From: Mobula hypostoma
Lineage: Eukaryota
Assembly: GCF_963921235.1 (NCBI RefSeq)
Contig: NC_086118.1
Span: forward strand, 41,292,001 to 41,356,000
DNA length: 64,000 nt
Direction of reading: 5' to 3'
Shown: positions 1-12,600 of the stretch, piece after piece
Numbering within the stretch: the stretch's first letter is position 1
Layout of the letters: the number at the start of each line of letters is the position of its first letter
Made by a program: the position numbers and the translations under genes
The notes under the pieces: generated by a model
What the model saw: only the letters and a program-made list of their open reading frames with translations
Told to the model about the DNA's origin: nothing
The model's database searches: none

Positions 1-139
1 CCACTGCCCTACCTTCATCTCCTCATCTATTCTTTGGTATTTCTCTGATATTCGTTACCATTCAGCAGTTACCTTGCTAAATGAACATTCCACATACCAC
101 ATGAAGTGGCACTAATTGCAGGGAGGCACAGGAAAAGGT

Positions 140-380
140 ATGTCGCATCCGGAGTTTCTCCGGTTAGCGGACAATCTCCCTCCTCTCTGACGTAGTGGGG
201 AACCACGTACGAGGCAAGTTACAGCAGTGATTTGCCTTTGCCTTCTGCCAGGTGAGTTTCCAAAGAGATCACCAGCTCATAACCCAGCACGGATGGAAAG
301 AGTGCATGGGAGCCGGCTGGATTCGAACTCAGGACCTTTTGTCCCGAAATCTGGCACTGATGCCACTACGCCACCAGCCG
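140..380 (-). mobile_element. tRNA-derived SINE
   Basis: Minus strand has a pol III A box (TGGCGTAGTGG) and B box (GAGTTCGAATCC) followed by a non-tRNA body. Confidence 0.7.
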
Positions 381-598
381 GGTCTTAGGCAGGCACAGTG
401 CAGGATTTTTATGCTTTTGTAAGGAAGTCACAAGCTACTTTTTTGCCTAGTTTACATTCAAGGTATTTTCAGATGCAGAGTATTTCAGTTTTAAAATTAT
501 TTTTAAAATGCTTCATACAGAGAAGGTTTAACAAAAAGAAATTTTGTTGTTCTTGCTTAATTTCCAAAGTAACTTCCACTTTGTGTGTTTCTGTCCAG

Positions 599-633
599 AT
601 TGTAAATGTGGTGAAGCAATTCCAGTGGGTGAG
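599..633 (+). CDS. RNF213: RNF213 exon a (RZ finger N-half): [12 protein letters not shown]
   Basis: tccag|AT...GAG|gtaagg, 35 nt. Aligns without gaps to human TCPNGHPCSVGE. Confidence 0.85.
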
Positions 634-3600
634 GTAAGGATCTGCACAATTGCTAATCTATTGCATTAGATTAGCATGTTGTACAAAATTTAGTAATGTT
701 TAACTTGCACAAATAATATCTTGCATTTCCTGTAGCCACTTCATTGCATCAGTATTAAAATATTAACTGATTATTTGCAACTTGTAGCTTTAATTTAATA
801 GTGACACCATGTGTGCTGTACTTCGGCACAGGTTAGGTATTAGCTTGACATTGACTGGTTATGGAACATGGTTTCTCTTTGTACTCTTCCTTGAAGGCAC
901 ACTTGAGCAGGATGGAATTTTTCAGAGTTTGGGAGATTAATGGTAAAATTTCATCAAGGGCAAGAATTCAAGCATTTCTCCTTTACATTTCATGTATATT
1001 GGTCTTTTTACTTTGCTCACAAGGTGCTGACTAGGCCGACATTTATCGTCTATCCTCAAATGACCTTGAACTAGATGATTTGCATTTATGTACCTGGAGT
1101 TATGTGTAGGTCAGATTAGCTAACAACGGTAGACTTCCCCTCTCTTGATGGGAAATCTTTAACCACAACCTATTATCTTGTGGTTACGATTCCTGATCCC
1201 ACCTTTTCACTCCTAACTTAAGTATTTAATGATTTGAATTTCTCAGTTGCTGTTTTGCAATTTGACCACACTCTCCAAATTAGTTGTCCAGGTTGTCAGT
1301 TTTAGGCATCTGGTGTCATGATTGTAAATCGACTTGGCCTGATTTACATAGAGCTCACTCTAAGCGCTAAGGAATTTAGCCTGGAACAAGTCCCCCAAGA
1401 TTATGCTAGTTTTGTGTTAATAGTTTCTCTCTATGGCCACAAGCTGCAAGTTACAAGCAGCATAAGTCTGAGAAGCATAAGAGAGCAAGGATCACTGTTG
1501 CCCAGTAGACCGTGCCAGTTTTGAGGTCTTGATCTTCAATCCCCTGAGAACATGCTTGAGCAGCAAGGAATGATCCTTTTCCTCTGGAGGCCTAACATTG
1601 AGCTGGTGCAATGGAGTCAATGGTAAATTTTAGTATCAGTTTCTGTCTTTGTTGAAAGATGATTCTGAGGTATGAGAAATAGTTCATTTTTATCAGGACC
1701 TTGCTGTGAAACCTTACTATTAGAAAGTGCCTTTCAATGGAGGCAGTTTGGTAAGAATTTGTGAATTGCAAATGTTGCGACTGTTGTTTATTTAATATTT
1801 CAGTAATATTATTTTGAGTAATATTGTAAATATATTGTTTGATGAAGCGTTCTGTTGTTTACATAATTCATTTTGAGTTGTATATAAAAGTATGTGAATG
1901 GCATTTGTTATTACGCCACCACATCATAAGTGCATGCTGCAGTAAAGTAAAACGAGGAGTAGACGCGTCATCCCTGGCTCCATGTTTTTTTTTGATTAAT
2001 TTTATGTTTCGGAGTTCGTTTTATGTAAATCCAAAACATAACAGTGACGACTGACATGAGCCACATCGAAGCTCTTGCTGGGAAAATCTATGTCTCTTCT
2101 CTTCACACGTCGTTTTATATTTTTTTCAAAGCAGGCAATAAACGATCAACTACAGGCTTAATAGCTATAATTACACGCTTATCTTTACAATTTAAATATA
2201 GACTGGTAATTTTTATTACTCTATCCTGGCCATCTCACTCTCGGCCGTGACATGGGGTTTCGACCAGAAACATCAACAATTTATTTTCTCCCACCAGTGC
2301 TGCATGGCTCATTGAGTTCCTCCGACTGTGCGGAACATGCATCGAATTACATATTTATAATGGGAGCACATCATAAATGTCACTCTTCTGACTATTGACA
2401 AGGAATGAATAGTCTATAATGATGGGAGCGGGTTGGCACTGGCCTTCTTGGAAGAAAAGAGCAGACTGAAGAACACCCTTCACGTACAAGAGACACTAAT
2501 GGCTACGAGAGGGAACCCTAACTCAAATGATTAGGGTAACCCTAACCCAGCCCAACTAGCAGAACCCATTTAAATATTCAAATACCAATTTGTTACAGTG
2601 TATATAGCACAGAACATTACAGCACAGTACATGGGGAAAAAGCAGGTAGGTGGAGATGAGTCCATGGTCAGATCAGCCGTGATCTTAATGAATGACGGAG
2701 CAGCCTCGATGGGCTAGGTGGCCTACTCCTGCTCCTATTTTTTATGTACAGGCCCTTCAGCCCGCACTGTTGTGCCAACCTTTTAACCTACTCCTAGAAC
2801 AATCTAATGCTTCTCTCCCACAGGCCCCTCCATTTTTTTCAGCCATGTGTGGTGTAGAGAGATGGCTTCCTGAATATCCATCTTGCCAATTACAGTCAGA
2901 ATATCTCATGCCTAATGATAGGTTTGGGCCTTGCCGTACTGAGAGGCCCACACATGTCACGGCTGTCAGTGAGTTGCTGGACCTCCTGTACTCTTTATGT
3001 GCACCATCCGTTTCTTCAGTCACAAGTTTTCAGTTGGACCTCTGTTTCAGGTGCCTATAAATGCTTTTTTTATGTCTTGAAGCATGATTTCAATACTGGA
3101 TTCCTGACGTTTGCAGTTAATTAGTTGCTGGATCCCCCGTCATTCCCATCAAATCCACCCTAGTTTTTCTTCTAATCTAGTAACTAAATCACCATCCCAC
3201 CATATCCAGAGTGCTGGCTCTAGTTCAGCACCCATAGATCTAGCCTATGAATTAAATTTTTCCTTCCCCCCCCCAATGCCTCCTCATGGTCCAGCACCTA
3301 CACTGGCATCCCCACCCACTATACTACATCACTTTTCAATAAGTTTAGTAGTGGCATGGTAGCGTAGTGGTTAGCGCAGCGCTTCACAGTACCGGCGACC
3401 CAGGTTCAATTCCCGCCACTGCCTGTAAAGAGTTTGTACGTTCTCCTCATGACTACGTGGGTTTCCTCCAGGTGCTCTGGTTTCCTCCCACAGTCCAAAG
3501 ACAGACTGTTTGGCAGATTAATTGGTCATTGTAAATTTCCTGTGATAAGGCTAGGATTAAATCCAGAAATTGCTGGGTGGCGTGGCTCGAAGGGCCTGAA

Positions 3601-6600
3601 GGGCCTATTCCACTCTGTATCTCAATAAACAATAGAACGGTTGTAGTACTAGTTGTAAAAGTTGTAAACTAGTTAACAACTTTACTAGTAAAGTTGCTGC
3701 CGTAAGGCACCATTGGCCTGGGTTCAGTGTTAGTGAACTGTCTACATGTTCTCCCTGTGAGCACATAGATTTCCTCCTGGAGAAAAGACATGAAGGTTTT
3801 TAGGTTAATTGGCCACTGTATTATGTGAGGTTATCCAATTTGAACNNNNNNNNNNNNNNNNNNNNNNNNNNNNNNNNNNNNNNNNNNNNNNNNNNNNNNN
3901 NNNNNNNNNNNNNNNNNNNNNNNNNNNNNNNNNNNNNNNNNNNNNNNNNNNNNNNNNNNNNNNNNNNNNNNNNNNNNNNNNNNNNNNNNNNNNNNNNNTT
4001 GATATGCTTGTGTGTGTGAGAGAATTTTCCCCCTTTTGTCACAATTGGTATTAAATGTCCAACTCTTTGACCATATACCCACCCAGACCTGCTACATAGC
4101 CAAGAATCCTTCCTGGCAACTTGTCTTCAACTATCACCTTCCAGCTAACCTCCTTCCCCCTACTTTTTTATTCTGGCATTCTCCTTTACAGTCCTGAAGA
4201 AGAGTCTCGGCCCAAAACGTTGACAGTTTATTCATTTTCATAGATGCTGTTTGACCTGTTGAGTTCCTCCAGCATTTTGTGTGTGTTGCTTTGGATTTCC
4301 AACATCCGCAGAATTTCTTGTGTTTGTCATAATGAATTGTTGTCAAACAGCCTTAACCAAGATTTTCACCCTATTGCTGACAGTGTCCAACCTCTCTCTT
4401 TCTTTGAATGTGCCACAGTAATGTTTTCTCCTGGCTGCTTATGAGTGATCGTCACGTTAATAAATGTAGCCTCATTGTTCTGGTGAACAGAGTCAAGCTG
4501 ATCAATAATAATGCAATTGTTTGATTGACAGTGTGGGAGACCCATGGTGCTTGCTCGATGTCCCAACTGCCAAGCACCGGTTGGTGGAATGTATCACACA
4601 CCTACTGCTGGATTTACAAGATCAATGAGGTATGTAACATTTACAATCAGGTTAACTTTGCAGCTGGTTTGCAAACTGCCCAGTGCAAATGGTGGTTCTG
4701 CTGACTCAGGACTGCTTTTTAAAGGCATAGAATGACATGTAAGTACTTAACATGATATGAACCCTAACTGTAACTGGTGGGGGAAGATCACAGACAAGTA
4801 TGTGACCTGGGCAGCACATTAGCGTAACGCTTGACTGAGCCGCCGACCCGGGTTCATTTCCTGCCGCTCCCTGTGAGGATTTTGTACGTTATCCCCATAA
4901 TTACGTGGGTTTTCTCCGGATGCCCTGATTTCCTCCCACATTCCAAAGACATACAGGCTAGTATGTTAATTCAGACATCCCACCCTGCAAAAACTCATTT
5001 CAGGGAGGTCGCACCATCAATTTGCGGGAGACTCCCGGAACTTCCGGGAGAGGTGGAATGTCTGCAATAGAGTAGCTCCTTAGCAGCTAGCCAGCTAGTT
5101 TAAATAACGTTAGCTATGCTAATGAACGAATGACACCTGTTAAACTCACCTCAACATGTCTTTTACAGTCTTAACCCACCATGGGCAATAGAAAAGTCAC
5201 TGTTGCAAACAGTGCAGCGAGCAACACTGTCATTATTTTTGACCCCTATTAGACAGGGGTACACTTTAGTGTAGTCTGGGGTGACGTACGATTCATATTT
5301 TCTTTTTTTGGAACACTCTCGCTTTTGTTCTTGCTCTTGCTCTCTCTCGCGCGCGCGCTCTCTCGCTCGTGGTCGCTCTCACTCGCATTCGCCCTCTTGC
5401 GCTTGCTTTCTTGCTCGCGCGCGCTTGCTTTCTCGCTCTCGCACTCTCGTCACTTACTCGCGCTCGCTCTCTCACGCTTGCTTTCTTGCTCTCGCTCTCT
5501 TGTGGTCGCTCTCACTCGCTCTCTCTCGCTGTCATTCACGCTCGCTGTCTCGCGCTTGCTTTCTTGCTCTTGTGCTCGCTCTCTCACTCTTTCTCGCGCG
5601 TTCTCACGCTCACTCTCAAAAATTAAAAAGCAAACATCAATTGGGCTCCCAGCCACCACATGCCTAACTAGTTTCAGTTGGCTCTCCATTGGGACAATGT
5701 AGTCAGAAATGGTGGAGAAAATCCTGCTGAAAAGAAAGTGTTCCCGTGTTCAATAGAAGGCAAAGGAGGTGGCACCAAAACCTTCATCAGCTAGGCCTGT
5801 AAGGAGCTGAACTCTAATCTTTACCAGGTCGCTCTCTCTGCAGTCTGTTGTTGTAAAAGATGGTCCTCATTGGCATCTGTGACCTCTAAAAACTTCAAGG
5901 AAGTTCACACAAGTGATTGTATTGGTTTTGAGGTTATTGTAGTCCTCACTGTCAGAGACCTTGCCTCAGGGTCCTTTCTGGGCCTGCTGATGCTTTTTTT
6001 CCCCAAATATATTCTTATATGTACGGTACAACCAAGATTTGTCATTTTCTTTGTTCATTGTACCAAGCAATTTAACTCATTCACTGACAACACGTCAACA
6101 TCACTGACAGTTCACCCTTCAGCACTGCACCAGGGAAGCATTTGAAAAGCTGGTCTCTAGATTGTTGTCTATCCCCATGAGCCTTTGCAGTAGTTGTACA
6201 GAGCCTTAGTGGTCTGTCAGTACATTCTCCTGTGCCAGTTGACAGTACCGGATACGATAGGGTCTTTCAAGAGTCCTGGATAGGTACATGGAGCTTAGAA
6301 AAATAGGGGGCACAGTGAGTGGTGCAAGTGAAATGCCATCATCATTATATGACATGGGCAATCACGGTCTTATCCATAACTATCATTGTTCTTGGCAAAT
6401 TTTTCTACAAAGTTGGTTGGCCCATTGCCTTCTTCTGGGCAGTGTCTTTACCAGGAGGGTGACCCCAGCCATTATCAATACTCGTCAGAGGTTGTCTGCC
6501 TGGCATCAGTGGTCGCATAACCAGGACTTGTGATGTGCACCATCTGCTCAGGTGACCATCCACCTACACCCATGGCTTTTCATGATCCTGATCAGGGGGC

Positions 6601-9600
6601 TAAGCAGATAGTGCAGCTTGCCTGCAGGCTAGCAGAGGGAAAGTGTTCCTTACACCTCCTTTGGTAGAGACATATCTCCTCCCTGCCACCCAGCAGGTGA
6701 AATGTATCTGACACAAAAGCCCGAAACAGTTAATACTGCATCAACGTATCCTCATCTGTGACAACTCTTCTGTTTTATGACAAATCTCTAGGCTAGGAAT
6801 TGTTTGGCCTCTGTCTTTGCACCACTTTGAAAGGCAAATTTAACCAGAGATAGGCCTTCTCTCAGAAAACATGAACCAAACACACTCTGCCTGCTGTATG
6901 TGGAGCAGGTGTATTTGAGTTGAAAATTTGGATGTCATTTCCTTTGTAGCTAAAAAAAACGGAGAGAACTGTTTACAGTAGGGTCCAACAGGATTCCTAC
7001 TGCAGATATAATAGGGTCTTGCATGGATACAATAGGGTCTTGCAAGAGACTCTTACATAGATACATGGAGCTTAGAAAAATAGAGGGCTATGTGGTAGGG
7101 AAATTCTAGGTACTTTCTAGGGTAGGTTATGTGGTCGAGCAACATTGTGGGCTGAAGGGCCTGTAATGTGCTATAGATTTTTATGTTCTCTAACCGAGCG
7201 TGAAGCTGGATGCAGTCAAGTTCAAGTGATGGATCATTTGAATGTTATGGACAAGTACAAAAAATAATAAATAGTTAAATGGAGCATTGGCCGTTAACTT
7301 GAGAGGACAAGATTAACAGTTGTGTTACTATGCAGAGCTGGGTTGGAACATAGTGAACCATTCCAGAGGCCACACCTTAGGAAGGATCCATTGGCCTAGG
7401 TGGAGGAAGGGTGATGTAGGATAGACGATTTAACTTATGAAGAGATAGCACAAAAACTAGTGTTGTATTTGTTGTAGCGTGGATAAAATCACGGAGAGAC
7501 AGAGTCACTGCTAGATACAAAGCAGCTTCTTTATTCGACACAACAAGGTACAGTAGGCATCATACGGACGGAGACGCTTTCCGCAGAAAGGTCTGCTAGC
7601 TAAAATGTGGGCTCGATATTTATATGCTAAACACAAAGGCAATCGCTACTTAAAAAGTTACAGACAATGCTTCCTTTTGAAGTTACATACAAACATCACA
7701 CCTTCGGATTTCATCCTTTCCTTCTGACGCCAACATGTCTGTGTTGGTATCCACAGCCTTTAGTTCAATCCACAATACATTTATTTGGCATTTTACGTGC
7801 TAACATAGAAGACAATTAATATTTATAATGTATAGATAAGACTGTTTTACAGCGTTAGTCACCAGAAGCATCTGGTATTTACACCTTTTAGGAAGCCCAT
7901 TGTGGTGGACTCAATCCACAGTCCTTTGTCAAACAAAGTTAAAATAGAAGTCTGGTGGCCAAAGTAAACAAATCATCTACCCAAAAAGAAATCCACTCTA
8001 ACAGTATTCGCTGGAACATAAAAGATTCAAGATTCAAAGATTGGTAATCTGAATGAAGTTATTAAAATATTCAGGGAGGATTAATAGATAGGGACAAGTT
8101 ACTTCTTGCTAGATGGGAAAGTTAGGATGAGGGAGCACGGATTTTAATTTTAAAGCTAAACCTTTCAGGAATGGGGCTGGAAAACATTGTCACGTGCAGG
8201 GGGTAGTAGAAATGTGTAACTTTGTTCTGTAAATGGCAATCAGTGCTTAGTCTGGGATCCATTTTAAATTTGAGGTTGGTGTATTTCAGATCTCACAGAG
8301 TGGTAGAACACACTTGAGGGCCTGAATGGCCTTTCCTGTTCTGATATTACATAAGACCATAAGACAAAGGAGCAGAAGTGGGCCATTCGGCCCATCAAGT
8401 CTGCTCTGCCATTTTATCATGAGCTGATCCATTCTCCCATTTAGTCCCACTCCCCTGCCTTCTCACCATAACCTTTGATGCCCTGGCTACTCAGATACCT
8501 ATCAATCTCTGCCTTAAATACACCCAATGACTTGACCTCCACTGCTGCCCGTGGCAACAAATTCCACAGATTCACCACCCTCTGGCTAAAAAACTTCTTC
8601 GCATCTCTGTTCTGAATGGGTGCCCTTCAATCCCTAAATCATGCCCTCTCGTACTAGACTCCCCCATCATGAGAAACAACTTTGCCACATCCACTCTGTC
8701 CATGCCTTTCAACATTCGAAATGTTTCTATGACATTCTTTGACATTACAATGGCCAACAGCATTTGCTTTCCATAGGCAGCAAGGTCAGGGTTGCTACTA
8801 CAGAAATGGTACAAGGTGGACTAGTAAAATTTTCATTTTAAACTTTAAAAATTTAAATCGGAGCAGCCTAAACAGAATCAACTTTACTATCACTGACCTA
8901 CATATATCATGATTTTTATTTTGTTTTGTGGCAGCAGTACATTGCAAGACATAAAAATTACAAATAAATAAAGAAATACATACATACATACATACATAGT
9001 GCAAAAAGAGGAATAATGAGGTTGTGTTCGTGGGTTCATGGACCATTCAGAAATCTGATGGAAGAGAAGAAGCTACTCCTAAATCATTAAGTGTAGATCT
9101 TCAGGTTCCTATACCTCTTCGCTGATGGTAGCAATAACAAGAGGGCCTGTCCCAGATACTGAGGGTTGGATTCTGCTTAGTGATAATGTGTCTCCTTCTT
9201 GAAGCACTGACCATTTGAACATGTCCTTGATGGTGGGGAGGGTTGCCCCTGTGATGGAGCTGGTTGAGTCCACAACACTCTGAAGCCTCTTTTGGTCCTG
9301 ACTGTTGAAGCTTCTGTACCAGATAGTGATGCAACAAGTCAGAGTCTCTCCACTATACATCTGTGGAAATTTGCTAGCCTTTGGTGACAAGCCAAATCTT
9401 CCCAAACTCTTAATGAAGTCTAGTAACCAAACCTACAGAAGATATGTTCATGTGACAACCCTTGCCCATTGAAGCAGTAAGCTATGCAAACGTTGCCCCT
9501 GTTATCCGATGAGGTCTGACCCAGGGACTGTGGGATCAGATAAAGGAAGGTAAGTGCGTAAAAAGCCCACATCCTATAATGGAGCTGAAATTGATGGATC

Positions 9601-12600
9601 TCTTGACTCAACCAGCTTATGTTTCCTTTCTAGTCCCCAAGGTCAAATTGAGACTGGTCATATCTTGGGACGTGCCTCATGGAGAGGTCAAGTTGTTGCC
9701 CCTGATCGACAGATGTCTCCTATTGCTTTCCTGTTAATGCGAATTCTGACACATGTATCAATGATGCTTGGAACAGTTCAACATCGTCAGGTAACTTGGC
9801 CCTTCTCTTCAATGCTAACCCCTTGGCGCCTGAAACTGAGACAGATTTAGGAGCATTCTTGATCCTTGGCAGGTTTGGCAGCTGGCAAAGCGAACTACCG
9901 GATTTTGTCTTGCTGTTTTGTGGGCGGGGCTTATCCTGACCCCCATGACCTATTATCTCATTCAAGGTCCTTCGGCTGCACAGACCCCAGCCTTGAGGAT
10001 CAGGTCAGTACCTACCGGAAAACAGACAAACGATCTTCAAACGAGTATTCTGTCCAGCAATTTTGGGTATAAACAGAACTGGTTTATTAGAATGTCACTC
10101 TTTTGGATTCTGTTCATGGTCCTTTATAAAGAAAATAGTTCCTGCCCCCACTAAAAGTATACTATCATGAATTTCTCATAAAATCATCAAGTCCTACCCT
10201 ACAGAAACAAGCCCTTCGATCCACTTTGGCCACCAAGCACCCATTTTATTCTCCCAGATAACCACCCACTTGGGCCAAGTTATCTGCTAACCAGCACATT
10301 TTTGACGTTGTGGGAGGTGACCATGTCGCCAGGAGGAAATGTCACGAGGAGGAAAAGGAAGGTCTGTTTAGTCAGCATCAGGTGTCAGAATCAAACCCGG
10401 GCTGTTATCTGTGCCACTCTGTATGAATGGGCTGTGCTCAGATATTGATGTTCTTATTCCCAGGACTTTAAGGTTAAACTATCTTGTACAATATCTTTAA
10501 ATTCAATTATGTGAGGTCACAGTGGAACTGCATGAGAGCAACTTGGATGATGTGTAGCTCGGGTGGTTGATGCTTGGGTTGAGTTATTCTCCAATTTTGG
10601 CAATTTACTTGCAAACATTCAGTAACCATGCAAGGAGACTTCATCAGTGTGCTGTTGATTGGGTGTGTCCTCCAAATGCTTGGACTTTATATCTAAATAC
10701 TTTTATATACTTATACATGTCCAATCAGCTGATTGATAAGTATATAAAGGCCAAGCATTTGGAGGACGCACCACAGTCGACAGCGCACTGATGAGGTCCC
10801 CTTGCATGGTTACTGAACGTTTGCAAGTAAACTGCCAAGATCAGAGAACAGCTGAACTTAACCATGTGTGAGAGTGGTAGGGGTCTTCAACAGTCCACCT
10901 TAATATTGTGGATTGTGTTGATTTAAAGCTGATATGCAGAATCAGCATCAGACGCGCTCTGCTAACTGTATATGGCAATCAATGCTTAGTCTGGGATCCA
11001 TTTTAAATTTGAGGTTGATGTATTTCTAATCTCACAGAATGGTAGAACCCAACCAGAACTGTTGTCATTTGGCATTAAATGGAAGTGAATTTAGGGTCGG
11101 GCAAGTTCATTTTCAAAAGCACAGATCCCAGATTTCACGCTCAAATGGGAATCTCTCAGTTTGGTCTGCTGCTAAGGTTCAGCAAGTTTCACCTTGCTGA
11201 GGATCTCCGACAGTTCTCAAGAGCCTCAGCTGGAGGTTCGGCCTAGAACAGAACCTACATCCTCTCTGGATTTCATTGGCAATTGTTGGGGTGTAAATAT
11301 AAAATGGGATAGAGGAGGCCTCTTGTTCAGCTTGCTTTAATAAAGTGTTGTATTGTAGTATTTTTGTTTATTTCTTAAATGAATAAAATTTTTACTTATT
11401 TCTTTCTATTTTAATTTTAGAATATCTGAATATCAAAGATGTGTAAATTAACTGTTAACACTTACAACGTTTTTAGCCAGTAAAAGTAGGAAGAGAGCTT
11501 TTTTGGATGCCAAATCACTTGGTACGGCTTTTGGAGCAGAACTTAATTGCCAAAATCCTGCTGTTGCTTAGCCCAATCAGTCAGGGTTTAGGACACTTCA
11601 AGCCACTAAGTAGTCTCCCTGCAAGGGAATTCTGTAAGCAGCAATCCAGGCAAGGGCACCAGACCAATTCCATTTTGTATAAAATAGAAGTGGCCTTCTT
11701 CTAACTACCTTTGCAGATGATCGCACAAATGGTTACACCATTGGTGTCAAATGTGTCGGAGTTCTTGTGGGACCACCTGGAAAAAGACATGGACCAACTC
11801 GGAAAGTCACTGGGAAAGAACATTGACGATGTAGCCACCTGCATTCATCTGGTCATCGATCAACTGCTGAATGAGCCTCAAGGTAACAGTGAGAGGACTT
11901 GTGCTGAAGTCCCCATAGGATTGTACTGAGTTTCATGTCAAGACAATGGAACAAGTGTCCACTTCTTACTTTAGGATTTCTGGAAAGGGACTTGTTCTAC
12001 GTTGAGCTCTTTACTCGAGTGTCATTGTGTTTATTTTGTTGTTTAATTTACACAAATGAAGGTTATATGCAATATATCTTAATTTCAGTTTATGTTAACT
12101 TATGTTTGTCTTCAGTTTGTACCCTCCTGCAGCTGGAGAAAGTTAATTTAAGCCTTGTGTATGTGTTCCTGTGACAACAATAGCTAAACTTGAACTTTAA
12201 GTTATCAGTTGAATATATTGGGTACCAGAGGCATGTCAATAGCCTTGAAACCAACTAAGTAAACCTTTTGAAATATCTCCATTTGTGTCATTTAGTTGCT
12301 TTTTGGGCTTTTGATGGTATTTTATGCAATATTGGTAATATCCAGTTTAATCATTTTCTCACAAGTTAAAAAAATATTGAAAAAGTAAAAGATTTGAGTA
12401 AAAGTAAGACATTAGCATCCCTTGGAAGGATAAGATGAGATGCGGCAACACCCAGTCCCAACAATATTTGCGAAGGCATTGGGCGAATCCAAGATGCGTG
12501 GACCTTTGATGCTGGGATGGGAGGAAGGGAAGGTGAATCAGATTCAGGTTCATTATCACTGACTTATGTCATGCAGTTTGTTGTTTTGTTGCAGCAGTAC

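Noticed and set aside
3351-3420. tRNA genes at SINE heads (also ~310-380, ~28690-28755 and ~54350-54423)
   Set aside because: A/B boxes run directly into V or CORE domains and no complete cloverleaf is evident.
3809-4082. ORFs spanning N runs (also 43669-44182)
   Set aside because: Artefacts of assembly gaps and CT-rich sequence.
5281-5702. Overlapping Ser/Arg/Leu-rich ORFs in several frames
   Set aside because: Translation of a (CTCG/CT)n low-complexity tract.
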